A DNA stretch of 64,000 nucleotides from Gemmatimonadales bacterium (lineage in GTDB: Bacteria > Gemmatimonadota > Gemmatimonadetes > Gemmatimonadales > GWC2-71-9). The stretch covers positions 2,611 through 66,610 of the forward strand of contig JBIOUY010000116.1 of assembly GCA_044867445.1 (NCBI GenBank), in the 5' to 3' direction. Under the pieces are notes generated by a model. That model was not told the DNA's origin. It saw only the letters and a program-made list of their open reading frames with translations, and made no database searches. The position numbers and the translations under genes were made by a program. Of this stretch, positions 38,386 to 49,014 are shown piece after piece (position 1 is the stretch's first letter; every line of letters starts with the position of its first letter).

Positions 38386-40298
<1,913 letters not shown>

Positions 40299-40320
40299 GC
40301 TGTCTGTCTCCTATTCGGAA

Positions 40321-40539
40321 GTAAGGAGTGAGGAGTGAGGAGTGAAGAGTACGTGACCTCGACGTGAAGTCGCAGCGAGTACCCCGGCTCCCAACCACTC
40401 CTACTCCTCACTCCTTACTCCTTACCCCTCACTCCTCACCCCTCACTCCTCACCCCTCACTCCTTACTGCTTGCTCCTCACCTCTCACCTGTCACCTTTC
40501 ACCTGTCACCTGTCACCTTCTCACTTCTCACTTTATCAC
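40321..40539. repeat. heptad-periodic element 9: 4-unit arm plus roughly 20-unit complementary array, sdhC|sdhA spacer
   Basis: 40321-40350 GTAAGGA GTGAGGA GTGAGGA GTGAAGA. 40398-40539 has about 20 consecutive units of type TCCTCAC/TCCTTAC/CCCTCAC/CTGTCAC/CTTTCAC/TTCTCAC. The last units encode the sdhC C-terminus and stop. Confidence 0.9.
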
Positions 40540-41187
40540 TCCCGCAACCACCGCTATCGGAATCACGGTAAACCCCAGCCATACGAACACCGCGAGCACC
40601 AACGCCAGCCGCCGGCGCATGGGGCGGGGCGACGGAGGGCTGATGCCCAGGCTGCGGCCTCCGCTCCAGATCCCGTGGTAGAGATGAAGCCCGACGGCCG
40701 CCATAGCCACGAGGTAAAACGCCACCACGAGAGGGCTGCGGAACCCCACCGTCACGTTGTGATAGGGGTCGCCCTCGACAAAATCTGAGTGAACTGTCCC
40801 CAGGGTGAAATGGAGGATGTGGTAGATCAAGAACACCAGAATGAGTACTCCACCCCAGCGGATGGTGCGTGACGCCAGTGTAGAAACCTGCGGCTCACCA
40901 CCGCCCTGATAGCCGATCGGTCGCGCGGCACGCCGGCGAAGAGTCAGCTGCAGCGCAGCGACCACGTGGAGCACCAATGACGCCAGCAGGACCAGTCGCG
41001 CGGCCCACAGCGCACCTCCCGTTCCGTGAAGGAAGGCGCTGTAGGCATTGATGCGAACTGGTCCCTGAAAAACGAGGAGATTGGCCAGGACATGCGTGAT
41101 CAAATACGCCACCATGATGAATCCGGTGACGGCCATGACCACTTTTTTTCCGACCGACGAGTCCCAGAAGACCCGTATGCGATTCAC
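40528..41187 (-). CDS. sdhC: succinate dehydrogenase cytochrome b subunit (b558-type, five TM helices)
   Basis: 219 aa. MNRIRVFWDSSVGKKVVMAVTGFIMVAYLITHVLANL..., polytopic with conserved His residues. Directly upstream of sdhA. Confidence 0.85.
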   Translation of the reverse strand: MNRIRVFWDSSVGKKVVMAVTGFIMVAYLITHVLANLLVFQGPVRINAYSAFLHGTGGALWAARLVLLASLVLHVVAALQLTLRRRAARPIGYQGGGEPQVSTLASRTIRWGGVLILVFLIYHILHFTLGTVHSDFVEGDPYHNVTVGFRSPLVVAFYLVAMAAVGLHLYHGIWSGGRSLGISPPSPRPMRRRLALVLAVFVWLGFTVIPIAVVAGVIK

Positions 41188-41199
41188 CGGGCCTCCCTG

Positions 41200-42129
41200 T
41201 TAGCCGTCGACCACCGCCTGTGTCGCTCGCACTGCCTCGGCGGACTTGTGCAGCTCCTCCCGCTCGGCATCGCTGAGCTTGATCTCCAGGATGCGCTCCA
41301 GCCCGGCTCGACCGAGCTTGCACGGCACCCCGCAGAATACGTCCCGCAGGCCAAACTCCCCCTGGAGCCACGCCGAACAGGGCAGGATGCGCTTCTTGTC
41401 CAGCGCAATCGCCTCAACCATCTGGACCGCAGCGGCGCTGGGGGCGTAGTAGGCGGAGCCGGTCTTAAGGAAGGCCACGATCTCGGCGCCGCCGTTCCGG
41501 GTACGATCGACGATGGAGGTGAGCTTGGCGGCGTCGATGAGCTGGCTCACCGGAATGCCCGAGACCGTCGTGTAGGATACCAGTGGGACCATGGTGTCAC
41601 CGTGTCCGCCCAACACCATGGCCTGGATGTCCTCAACCGACACATCCAGGGCCTCAGACAGGAACATCCGATAGCGCGCGGTATCGAGGACGCCGGCCAT
41701 GCCGATCACCCGCTCTCGAGGAAAGCCGGTCGTCTTCTTCACCACATAGCACATGACATCCAGCGGATTCGAGACCACCACCACGACGGACCGAGGGGCA
41801 ACCTGCGCAATCTGTTCGCTGACGGAGCGGACGATTCCAGCGTTTGTCTTGACCAGATCGTCACGGCTCATCCCCGGCTTCCGGGCGATTCCAGCCGTTA
41901 CCACCACAACCTCGGCGCCGGCTGCCTCTTCATAGGTCTGGGCACCGGTAATCCGCGCGTCAAAGCCCTCGATCGGTCCCGACTGCCACTGGTCCAATGC
42001 CTTCCCCTGCGGCACGCCGTCGATGACATCGACCATGATGACCCGGCGAGCCAGACTCTTCTCAGCCAGGCGCTGCGCAGCGGTGGCCCCCACGTTCCCT
42101 GCCCCGACAACGACGACTTTTTCGAGCAT
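41200..42129 (-). CDS. mdh: malate dehydrogenase (LDH-like type)
   Basis: ORF 41200..42279 trimmed to ATG 42129, because the upstream codons only translate the repeat. [35 protein letters not shown] and GGHGD. Confidence 0.92.
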   Translation of the reverse strand: MLEKVVVVGAGNVGATAAQRLAEKSLARRVIMVDVIDGVPQGKALDQWQSGPIEGFDARITGAQTYEEAAGAEVVVVTAGIARKPGMSRDDLVKTNAGIVRSVSEQIAQVAPRSVVVVVSNPLDVMCYVVKKTTGFPRERVIGMAGVLDTARYRMFLSEALDVSVEDIQAMVLGGHGDTMVPLVSYTTVSGIPVSQLIDAAKLTSIVDRTRNGGAEIVAFLKTGSAYYAPSAAAVQMVEAIALDKKRILPCSAWLQGEFGLRDVFCGVPCKLGRAGLERILEIKLSDAEREELHKSAEAVRATQAVVDG

Positions 42130-42188
42130 GGACAGACCTGACCCGGGGTAAATGGATGCGGTGGAAGGGGAAGCGACAGAATATAGTA

Positions 42189-42332
42189 GTGAGAAGTGAG
42201 AAGTAAGAAGTGAGAAGAGGTGACAGGTGAGACGTGAGACGTGACAGGTAAGACCTGAGAGGCACCGCTTACCTGTCACCTGTCACCTTTCACCTGTCAC
42301 CTCCCTCTCACTTCTTAATTCTTATTTCTCAC
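42189..42332. repeat. heptad-periodic quasi-palindrome 10 (64/65-nt arms), trmL|mdh spacer
   Basis: The left arm 42189-42252 and the reverse complement of the right arm 42268-42332 align unit by unit (about 55 of 64 positions). The loop is acctgagaggcaccg. The right arm encodes the last 5 codons and the TAA of trmL. Confidence 0.9.
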
Positions 42333-42776
42333 TGTAGTTCTGATCGCCTCGTATAGCACGATCCCCGCGGCCGTCGCCAGATTGAGGCTCCGCACCGGCC
42401 CGCCCATCGGAATCGTGAAACATCGTTCCGGATGTTTTTGCAGGATCCGCGTCGGCATTCCCTCGGTTTCGCTGCCGAACACGAGGCAGCTGTTGACCTC
42501 ATAGGGGGCGTCCCAAAAGGAGCGCTCCGCGTTAGCCGAGAAGTAGAGACAGCGATCGCGCCCTATGGCATCCCGAAACGCGAACCAGTCGGGATGGACC
42601 CAGAGATCTACCGCGTGCCAATAGTCCAGGCCGGCACGCTTCAACTCGCTGTCGTCCAGGGAAAAACCCAGCGGTTCAATCAGGTGGAGCGAGGTGTCGG
42701 TGGCGGCGCAAAGCCGGGCGATGTTGCCGGTATTCGGAGGGATCTGGGGTTGAATCAGCGCGACGTGCAGCGCCAT
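42315..42776 (-). CDS. trmL: tRNA (cytidine/uridine-2'-O)-methyltransferase TrmL (SpoU family)
   Basis: ORF trimmed to ATG 42776 (1-nt overlap with the moaA stop). MALHVALIQPQIPPNTGNIARLCAAT. 153 aa. Confidence 0.88.
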   Translation of the reverse strand: MALHVALIQPQIPPNTGNIARLCAATDTSLHLIEPLGFSLDDSELKRAGLDYWHAVDLWVHPDWFAFRDAIGRDRCLYFSANAERSFWDAPYEVNSCLVFGSETEGMPTRILQKHPERCFTIPMGGPVRSLNLATAAGIVLYEAIRTTVRNKN

Positions 42777-43822
42777 CAGCCGCCGCGTGTGTGCATCTCG
42801 CGCCGCGGGTCGGCGCGCAAGCTGTCGATCTGGTACAGGACGCCCCGCTGGGGCGCCTCTGCCCGCTCCTCGGCGCCGCGGTCGACTCGAGCGGACCAGG
42901 TATCGGCAATGCGCGCCGCAATGTCGGCATCGTCCGCCCCGCTTCGGAGCAGCTCTCGCAGATCGAGCCCCGTCTCGCCATACAGGCAGAGCAGCCACGT
43001 ACCATCGGCCGTGAGCCGGCTCCGGTCACAGGTTCGGCAGAATGGAGCGGTGGTCGAGGCGATGATCCCGAACTGAGTTCCATCCGGCAGGGCAAAGCGC
43101 TCTGCCGGCGCCGAGTCTTCAGCCTCGCGCACAGTCATGATCGGGCCGTAGCGCCGAGTCATGAGGTCCAGTATCTCCTGGCGGGAGACCACGCGATCGA
43201 TGGACCAGTGGGTCGCGCCGCCCACGTCCATGTACTCGATGAAGCGGATCTCCAGGTCCTTGAGCCTGGCGAACTCGAACAGTTGACTTACTTCATCATC
43301 GTTGAAGCCCCGAACCACAACCGTGTTCAGTTTGACCTCGTCGAATCCGGAGGCTCGAGCGGCATCGATCCCCTCCAGCACATCCGCGTGCTTTGCGCTG
43401 CGGGAGAACTGACGCATGCGCTCCGGGCGAAGGGTATCGAAGCTCAGCGTGACGCGGCGAAGGCCGGCTTCCCGCAGCGCCATCGCACTCCGAGCCAGCA
43501 GCGTTCCGTTGGTGGTGAGCGCCAAATCTCGGAGCGTCTCGTGCCGGCTCAGCAGCGAGACGAGAGTGGGGAGATTCTGACGCAGCAGCGGCTCGCCGCC
43601 GGTCAGTCGGATCTTGTGGACGCCCAGCGCGGTGAAGATCCCGGCCAGACGGTCGATCTCCTCGAAGGTCAGGATTGAAGAACGCGGGAGCCAGACGTAG
43701 TCCTCCTCCGGCATGCAGTACTGACACCGGAGATTGCATCGGTCGGTCACTGAAATCCGCAGATTTCGGAGCGGACGACCGAATGCATCGCGCAGCGGGA
43801 GCGGCACGGGCTGCTCGATCAT
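42776..43822 (-). CDS. moaA: GTP 3',8-cyclase MoaA (radical SAM)
   Basis: ORF trimmed to ATG 43822 (ATGA overlap with the moaE stop). LRISVTDRCNLRCQYCMP radical-SAM cluster motif. 348 aa. Confidence 0.92.
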   Translation of the reverse strand: MIEQPVPLPLRDAFGRPLRNLRISVTDRCNLRCQYCMPEEDYVWLPRSSILTFEEIDRLAGIFTALGVHKIRLTGGEPLLRQNLPTLVSLLSRHETLRDLALTTNGTLLARSAMALREAGLRRVTLSFDTLRPERMRQFSRSAKHADVLEGIDAARASGFDEVKLNTVVVRGFNDDEVSQLFEFARLKDLEIRFIEYMDVGGATHWSIDRVVSRQEILDLMTRRYGPIMTVREAEDSAPAERFALPDGTQFGIIASTTAPFCRTCDRSRLTADGTWLLCLYGETGLDLRELLRSGADDADIAARIADTWSARVDRGAEERAEAPQRGVLYQIDSLRADPRREMHTRGG

Positions 43823-44271
43823 GCGTGCTGGAACCTCGGCCCAGCCTCGGTGTGCTCTGATCCGGTACTGGGCTCGACCCACTTCACCGCCCCATCGGCG
43901 TAGAACTCCTGCTTCCAGATCGGGACGCGGCGCTTGATTTGCTCGATCAGATAGCGGCAGGCGGCAAACGCCTCCTCCCGGTGGGCTGACGCGGCGATGA
44001 CCGCCACCGCGGTCTCGCCGATGTCGAGCCGCCCCAATCGGTGGGCCACGCTTACCGCCACGTCCCACTTCGTCTGGGCTTCCGCCACGATGCGGGCACA
44101 CTCCGCCTCGGCCATGGGGTGGTATGCCGAATAGTGAAGCCGAAGCACGTCCCGCCCCCCCTCGTGGTCGCGAACCGTCCCAAGAAACATCGCGATCCCG
44201 CCACGTGCGGGAGACTGGACGGCGGCAATAAGCGGGGTGATGTCTATCGGCTGCTCAGTCAGAAATCCCAC
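43819..44271 (-). CDS. moaE: molybdopterin synthase catalytic subunit MoaE
   Basis: ORF trimmed to GTG 44271, 1 nt after the moaD stop. 150 aa. ...FLGTVRDHEGGRDVLRLHYSAYHPMAE...IWKQE. Confidence 0.85.
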   Translation of the reverse strand: MGFLTEQPIDITPLIAAVQSPARGGIAMFLGTVRDHEGGRDVLRLHYSAYHPMAEAECARIVAEAQTKWDVAVSVAHRLGRLDIGETAVAVIAASAHREEAFAACRYLIEQIKRRVPIWKQEFYADGAVKWVEPSTGSEHTEAGPRFQHA

Positions 44272-44272
44272 C

Positions 44273-44539
44273 TCAGCCTCCCGCGAGCGGCGGAAGTACC
44301 GCGACTTCGTCACCCGCGGCGAGTGGCGCTTCCGGTCCGACGTGCGCCAGGTTGAGCGCGCAAAGCGGCCGTTGCGGCAGGCGATCGCCCCCGGGTAGCG
44401 CGCGGAGCCGTTCGAGCACTGCCCCCACCGTAGCCGGCGAAGCCAGGGACAATTCAATCGAGTCGAAGCCTAGGCGCTCGGCATAGCTCGCGAAGAGAAG
44501 TACCCGGACGCTCACTTTGGAAGCGGCTGTAGTGACCAT
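44273..44539 (-). CDS. moaD: molybdopterin synthase sulfur-carrier subunit MoaD
   Basis: 88 aa, ubiquitin-like, ending in the diagnostic C-terminal Gly-Gly (PPLAGG). Confidence 0.85.
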   Translation of the reverse strand: MVTTAASKVSVRVLLFASYAERLGFDSIELSLASPATVGAVLERLRALPGGDRLPQRPLCALNLAHVGPEAPLAAGDEVAVLPPLAGG

Positions 44540-44556
44540 GCTTGGAAGCTAATGGA

Positions 44557-44599
44557 AAAGGGGCCTCGCCGGGTTCGCATTCCCGGAGTGGACCCCTTG
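44557..44599 (-). terminator. candidate intrinsic terminator after the HU/IHF-family gene
   Basis: The minus strand reads CAAGGGGTCCACTCCGGGAATGCGAACCCGGCGAGGCCCCTTTTCC. This gives an imperfect GC-rich stem (AAGGGG/CCCCTT outer, CCGGG/CCCGG inner) followed by a short T-run. Confidence 0.4.
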
Positions 44600-44633
44600 A
44601 AACGCCGATTCTACGACAGCGAATCGAGCGGAA

Positions 44634-44963
44634 TCAGATGCCCTGCAGCGGCTCGGCGGCGGGCGCACTCTCGTCCGCAACCAGGGCGCGTAACTCCTTG
44701 CTGGGCTTAAAGACCGGAACCGGACGGGCGGCTACCTCGACCGGATCGCCGGTTCTCGGATTGCGCGCCATGCGCGTCTTCCGGCGCCGGATCTTGAAGG
44801 TCCCGAATCCGCGGACCTCAATATTATGCTGCTGTCTGAGCGCCTCTTTGACGGCCTCGAGGAACGCGTCCACTACGCGGGCGCAATCCTTCTTAGAGAT
44901 CATTGGACCCGCGGTGCGGGCGATCGAGGCGGTTACCTGTTCGACGAGATCGGCCTTGGTCAT
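44634..44963 (-). CDS. HU/IHF-family DNA-binding protein
   Basis: 109 aa. MTKADLVEQV...GFGTFKIRRRKTRMARNPRTGDPVEV (beta-arm with Pro), plus an acidic/Ala-rich tail. Confidence 0.9.
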   Translation of the reverse strand: MTKADLVEQVTASIARTAGPMISKKDCARVVDAFLEAVKEALRQQHNIEVRGFGTFKIRRRKTRMARNPRTGDPVEVAARPVPVFKPSKELRALVADESAPAAEPLQGI

Positions 44964-45021
44964 GCGCCCCCCAGAAGGGTTACAGACAGCGGAGCTCGGC
45001 AGGGCTTACTACAGGCCGATA

Positions 45022-46149
45022 CTATGAGCTTAAGTGTTGTCTGTCAAGGGGTTGGGATCGGTTGGTGTGAACCGATGCCAGGAACTCCTCGAAATGAGGG
45101 ACCGCATCATGGGGACCAGGAGCTGCTTCGGGGTGATATTGCACGGCGAAGAGCGGCAACTCCCGATGCCGGATGCCCTCGATGGTTCCGTCGTTCAGGT
45201 TGAGATGGGTCACCTTCAGTGCCGGCGCCCCCGGCACGCCCTCCGCGTTCCCAACCACCGCAAAGCCATGGTTTTGAGTGGTGATCAGCACCCGACCAGA
45301 GCCCAGTTCTCGCACCGGGTGGTTTCCCCCTCGATGGCCGTAAGGCAGCTTGGCCGTGGAGCCCCCGAATGCAAGGCCGACCAATTGGTGGCCGAGGCAG
45401 ATTCCGAATGTGGGGAGACCGGTTTCCGCAAGCTCGCGAATGGTGCCCAACGCGTACTCCACCGCTGCAGGATCTCCCGGACCGTTGGAGAGGAAGAGGC
45501 CATCCGGCTTCATCTCCAATACCTGGCTGGCGCTCGTCCGAGCTGGCAGCACCGAGACTCGGCAGCCGGCCTTTACCAGCATCCTCACAATGTTGCGCTT
45601 GATGCCGTAGTGGTACGCCACGATGTGAGGACCCTCGCCCTCACTCCAGGGCTGGTTCACCGTGGCACGGCTGGCGAGGTCGAGTCCTTCCATCGAAGGC
45701 GACGCGAGCAGCTGGCTAGCGAGCTTCCCACTGGGTTGAGTTCCTTCGGCCACCACGCCCCGCATCGCGCCGCGCTCCCGCAAGTGGCGGGTTAACCGGC
45801 GAGTATCAACTCCCTCGATAACCGGAATGCCTGCCGAGGCGAGCCAGTCGTCGAGGCTGCGGGTGGCCCGCCAATTCGAGGCATTGCGAGAGAGCTCCCG
45901 CACGACAACGGCTGTCACCTGAGGACGCTCGGACTCCATGTCCTCGATGTTCACGCCGTAGTTCCCGATCATGGGGGCAGTCATGACCACGATCTGGCCC
46001 AGATAGCTGGGGTCGGTGAAGGTCTCTTGATAGCCGGTCAGGTTCGTGGTGAAGACAACTTCACCAAACGCCGGATCAATGAGGCGCGCGGCGGTGCCGG
46101 AAAACCAGGCGCCGTCCTCCAGCAAAACGAAAGCGGGTCGATCGGTCAT
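45022..46149 (-). CDS. carA: carbamoyl-phosphate synthase small (glutaminase) subunit
   Basis: 375 aa. GICLGHQL (catalytic Cys) and the HGF..QYHPEA triad region. Confidence 0.93.
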   Translation of the reverse strand: MTDRPAFVLLEDGAWFSGTAARLIDPAFGEVVFTTNLTGYQETFTDPSYLGQIVVMTAPMIGNYGVNIEDMESERPQVTAVVVRELSRNASNWRATRSLDDWLASAGIPVIEGVDTRRLTRHLRERGAMRGVVAEGTQPSGKLASQLLASPSMEGLDLASRATVNQPWSEGEGPHIVAYHYGIKRNIVRMLVKAGCRVSVLPARTSASQVLEMKPDGLFLSNGPGDPAAVEYALGTIRELAETGLPTFGICLGHQLVGLAFGGSTAKLPYGHRGGNHPVRELGSGRVLITTQNHGFAVVGNAEGVPGAPALKVTHLNLNDGTIEGIRHRELPLFAVQYHPEAAPGPHDAVPHFEEFLASVHTNRSQPLDRQHLSS

Positions 46150-46177
46150 CCGGTCACCCCGCCCTCGTGTCTCGGGC

Positions 46178-46648
46178 TCACTTCGACTTCTTGGGGGCGG
46201 GCTCCCCCGGTGAGGGCGCGGGAGATGGCTTGCTGGGTGCGGCAGCCGAAGGCTTGCTCGGCGCGGCGCCCGACGGAGCTGAAGCAGGTGGCGTCGTAGG
46301 CTGAGTCTGCCCCGGTGCCGCAGTCGGTGTCGTCGGCGACCCGAGGGGAAGCGAGGTACTGGGCGCTGGTGCCGTGGGGGTGGCCGCCCGGAGCCGCTCC
46401 TGCAACTCGCCGGCAGAGTTGCCGCCGCGACGCACCAGCGAGAGGAGCAGCGAGAGGAGCAGGAAGATCCCGCCGCACCACCAGCTCAGCTTGGTCAAGA
46501 TCGTCACTGCTTGACGCCCACCGAGTACGGTATCGGTTGTGGCGCCGCCGAGTGAGGCAAGTCCACCACCCTGTCCTGCTTGAAGCAGGACCACCACCGA
46601 GAGCAGCAGGGCGTCGAGAATGAGCAACGTGAGCAGCAGCGCGAACAT
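46178..46648 (-). CDS. secG: preprotein translocase subunit SecG with long Pro/Ala/Ser/Thr-rich tail
   Basis: 156 aa. N-terminal 75 aa are typical SecG (LLQAGQGGGLASLGG plus a second TM helix). The C-terminal roughly 80 aa are low-complexity (APSKPSAAAPSKPSPAPSPG). Confidence 0.8.
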   Translation of the reverse strand: MFALLLTLLILDALLLSVVVLLQAGQGGGLASLGGATTDTVLGGRQAVTILTKLSWWCGGIFLLLSLLLSLVRRGGNSAGELQERLRAATPTAPAPSTSLPLGSPTTPTAAPGQTQPTTPPASAPSGAAPSKPSAAAPSKPSPAPSPGEPAPKKSK

Positions 46649-46674
46649 GACAGTCTCCTAGACGGCCCGGAAGT

Positions 46675-49014
46675 CTAGCGACCGTTTGAAGTTGGGTCAA
46701 CACCGGCGGCCTGCTGCGCGGGGCCCACGGGCAGGTGTTGGTGCAGATACTGGGTGAGCAGCCCATACAGGTGCGGCGCGGTGCCCTTCCCCTCGCAAAT
46801 ACAATGGCTGCGATTGGGATAAACCATGAGACTGAACGGCTTTCCCGCCGCCACCAGGGCGTTCACCAGGCCTTCGGTGTTCTGATAATGCACGTTGTCG
46901 TCGCCCGAACCGTGCACCAGCAGGAGATCGCCCCGGAGCTGATCCGCGAAGGTAATAGGTGATCCCAGGCGGTAAGCTTCGGGGTTCTCCTGCGGCAGGC
47001 CCATGTAGCGCTCCTGGTAAATCGTGTCGTAGTAGCGCTGATCGGTAACCGGGGCCACCGACATCCCGACGCGATAGAGCTCGGGGGAACGGAAGAGAAG
47101 GTTGAGCGTCATCGACCCTCCCCCGCTCCACCCCCACACGCCGATGCGGGCGGGATCCACGTATGGTCGTTGGGCGATTGCGCGGGCAGCCGCGGCCTGC
47201 TCGGCCGAAGCGAGGACCCCAATCTGTCGATAGATCGCGCGGCGCCAGGCCCGGCCGCGAGGAGCCGGAGTGCCCCGGTTGTCCACGCTGGCCACGATGT
47301 ATCCCTGTTGGGTGAGCATCAGATGCCACAGGTAGGTCAATCCATCCCAGTCATCGAGCACCGTCTGTCCCGCAGGCTCACCATATACGTAGAACAGGAC
47401 CGGATAGCGACGGGTGGGGTCGAAATCGGGTGGCTTCATCATCCAGGCATCGAGCTGCTGGCCATCGCCGCCGTCCACTCGAAAGAATTCCATCGACCCG
47501 CGCCGCAGTGACCTGACCGCCGCCCGCTGCCGCTCGTTGGGCCGAAGGGTTCGCACGACTTGATGGCTCGGCAAACGAACCAGGTCGGTCACCGGCGGGG
47601 TTCCGAAAGAAGCATGAGTGTGTAAGGCCCATCGGGCGCCGGGGGCGATCTGATAGAGGTTGGTGCCGGACTGTCCCGCTGGGGTAACTCGGGTCGGCCT
47701 GCCATGGCCGTCGAGTCGGCTCCGGAAAAGGTAGAGCTGGGTCGGATTGTCAGGCGACGCGGTATAGTAGATCCACTTCCCTCCCGCATCCGTCCCGAGG
47801 ACCAGAGGCTCGCCGAACGGACTGCCGGGATTGGTGAGATCGAATTGGCCCGGCGTGAGCAGCCGCAGGCGTGAGCCATCGCGGGAAACAGCGTAGAGGT
47901 GCCGCCATCCGTCGCGCTCGCTGACCCAGATGAACCGGCGGCCGTGATCGAGCCACCGCACATCATTCACTACGTCCACCCACGTGCTATCGTGCTCGGT
48001 CAGCACGGCGCGTGCCTGGCCGGTTGTGGCGTCCCCCAGGATTACGACGTCGGTGTGCTGGGACCGGTCGAGCCGTTGCAGCACGACCGTGTCCGAGCCT
48101 CCGGCCCAATCCATTCGAGCGATATAGTGATTCCGCGGGTCGCCTTCGAGCTCCAACCACCGGGTCGGTCCGCCATCCGCGCTCACTATGCCTACCCTGG
48201 CGGCAGAGTTGGTGGTGCCGGCCTTGGGGTATTGCACCGGGATCACGAAGGAGTAGAGTGAGTCGGTGTCGTTGATGAGATCGAAATCGCCCACTTCCGA
48301 GGCGTCGAGCTGCCAATAGGCTATGCGCCGGCCATCGGGGCTCCAGCGAAAGCCATTGCGCAAGGACAGCTCTTCCTCATAGACCCAGTCGAAGGTCCCA
48401 TTGATGACCGTCTTGGATCCGTCATGGGTGAGCTGGCTGATCCGCCCATCCTGGATGGACTCCACATAAAGGTTGTGCTCCCTCACGTAAGCCACTCGAT
48501 CTCCGCTGGGAGAGAAGGTGGCGAACATGAGAGTCGAAGGAGCGGCAGTGCCCCCCAGTCGTTTGAGTCGGCCTCCCGAGAGCGCGAGCACCCAGTAGTC
48601 GCCCCTGGTGTTCTGCCGCCAGACGCGCTTCGAGTTGGTGAAGATCAGTAGCAGCCGTCCGTCGGGAGACCAGTCGTAGTCCTCGACCGCCAGCGGCAGC
48701 GAATCCCCGGGGGGCACCAGCCGCCGCGCCGACACCAGCACTTCGCGCCGGCCAGTCGCGGCATCGTAGCGGACGATGTCGCTTCCGCCGGGCTGCTCCC
48801 GCGAAGGCTCGAGAGTCGTGTAGGCGTTGCCATCTGCCAGCCATCGCGCTGGGCCGAACGGCTCCGGGGCAAAGTCCTGAGTACCGAACAGCCGCTCCAG
48901 GGTCACCTGCCCGGAGTCCGGCTGTTGTGAGGAGGCGGGAAACGTGAGCATGCCGGTGGCGATCACTAGCGCCAGCGAGGTCCGGAAGAGCGTCATGAGG
49001 TCACTCAATTTCAT
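46675..49014 (-). CDS. secreted S9B-family dipeptidyl peptidase (DPP IV-like)
   Basis: ORF trimmed to ATG 49014 (alternative ATG 48999). Signal peptide ...MTLFRTSLALVIATGMLTFPASS. DPPIV N-domain motif INGTFDWVYEEEL. Nucleophile elbow GWSGGG. Confidence 0.85.
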   Translation of the reverse strand: MKLSDLMTLFRTSLALVIATGMLTFPASSQQPDSGQVTLERLFGTQDFAPEPFGPARWLADGNAYTTLEPSREQPGGSDIVRYDAATGRREVLVSARRLVPPGDSLPLAVEDYDWSPDGRLLLIFTNSKRVWRQNTRGDYWVLALSGGRLKRLGGTAAPSTLMFATFSPSGDRVAYVREHNLYVESIQDGRISQLTHDGSKTVINGTFDWVYEEELSLRNGFRWSPDGRRIAYWQLDASEVGDFDLINDTDSLYSFVIPVQYPKAGTTNSAARVGIVSADGGPTRWLELEGDPRNHYIARMDWAGGSDTVVLQRLDRSQHTDVVILGDATTGQARAVLTEHDSTWVDVVNDVRWLDHGRRFIWVSERDGWRHLYAVSRDGSRLRLLTPGQFDLTNPGSPFGEPLVLGTDAGGKWIYYTASPDNPTQLYLFRSRLDGHGRPTRVTPAGQSGTNLYQIAPGARWALHTHASFGTPPVTDLVRLPSHQVVRTLRPNERQRAAVRSLRRGSMEFFRVDGGDGQQLDAWMMKPPDFDPTRRYPVLFYVYGEPAGQTVLDDWDGLTYLWHLMLTQQGYIVASVDNRGTPAPRGRAWRRAIYRQIGVLASAEQAAAARAIAQRPYVDPARIGVWGWSGGGSMTLNLLFRSPELYRVGMSVAPVTDQRYYDTIYQERYMGLPQENPEAYRLGSPITFADQLRGDLLLVHGSGDDNVHYQNTEGLVNALVAAGKPFSLMVYPNRSHCICEGKGTAPHLYGLLTQYLHQHLPVGPAQQAAGVDPTSNGR

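Noticed and set aside
40398-40539. Possible CRISPR array or other spacer-containing repeat locus.
   Set aside because: The units are 7 nt and directly abutting, with no unique spacers, no leader and no cas genes in the window. It does not fit CRISPR architecture.
44606-44626. cgattc-N9-gaatcg inverted repeat just after the HU-family gene stop.
   Set aside because: The stem is only 6 bp with no U-tract. The stronger GC-rich stem-loop at 44557-44599 is the better terminator candidate.
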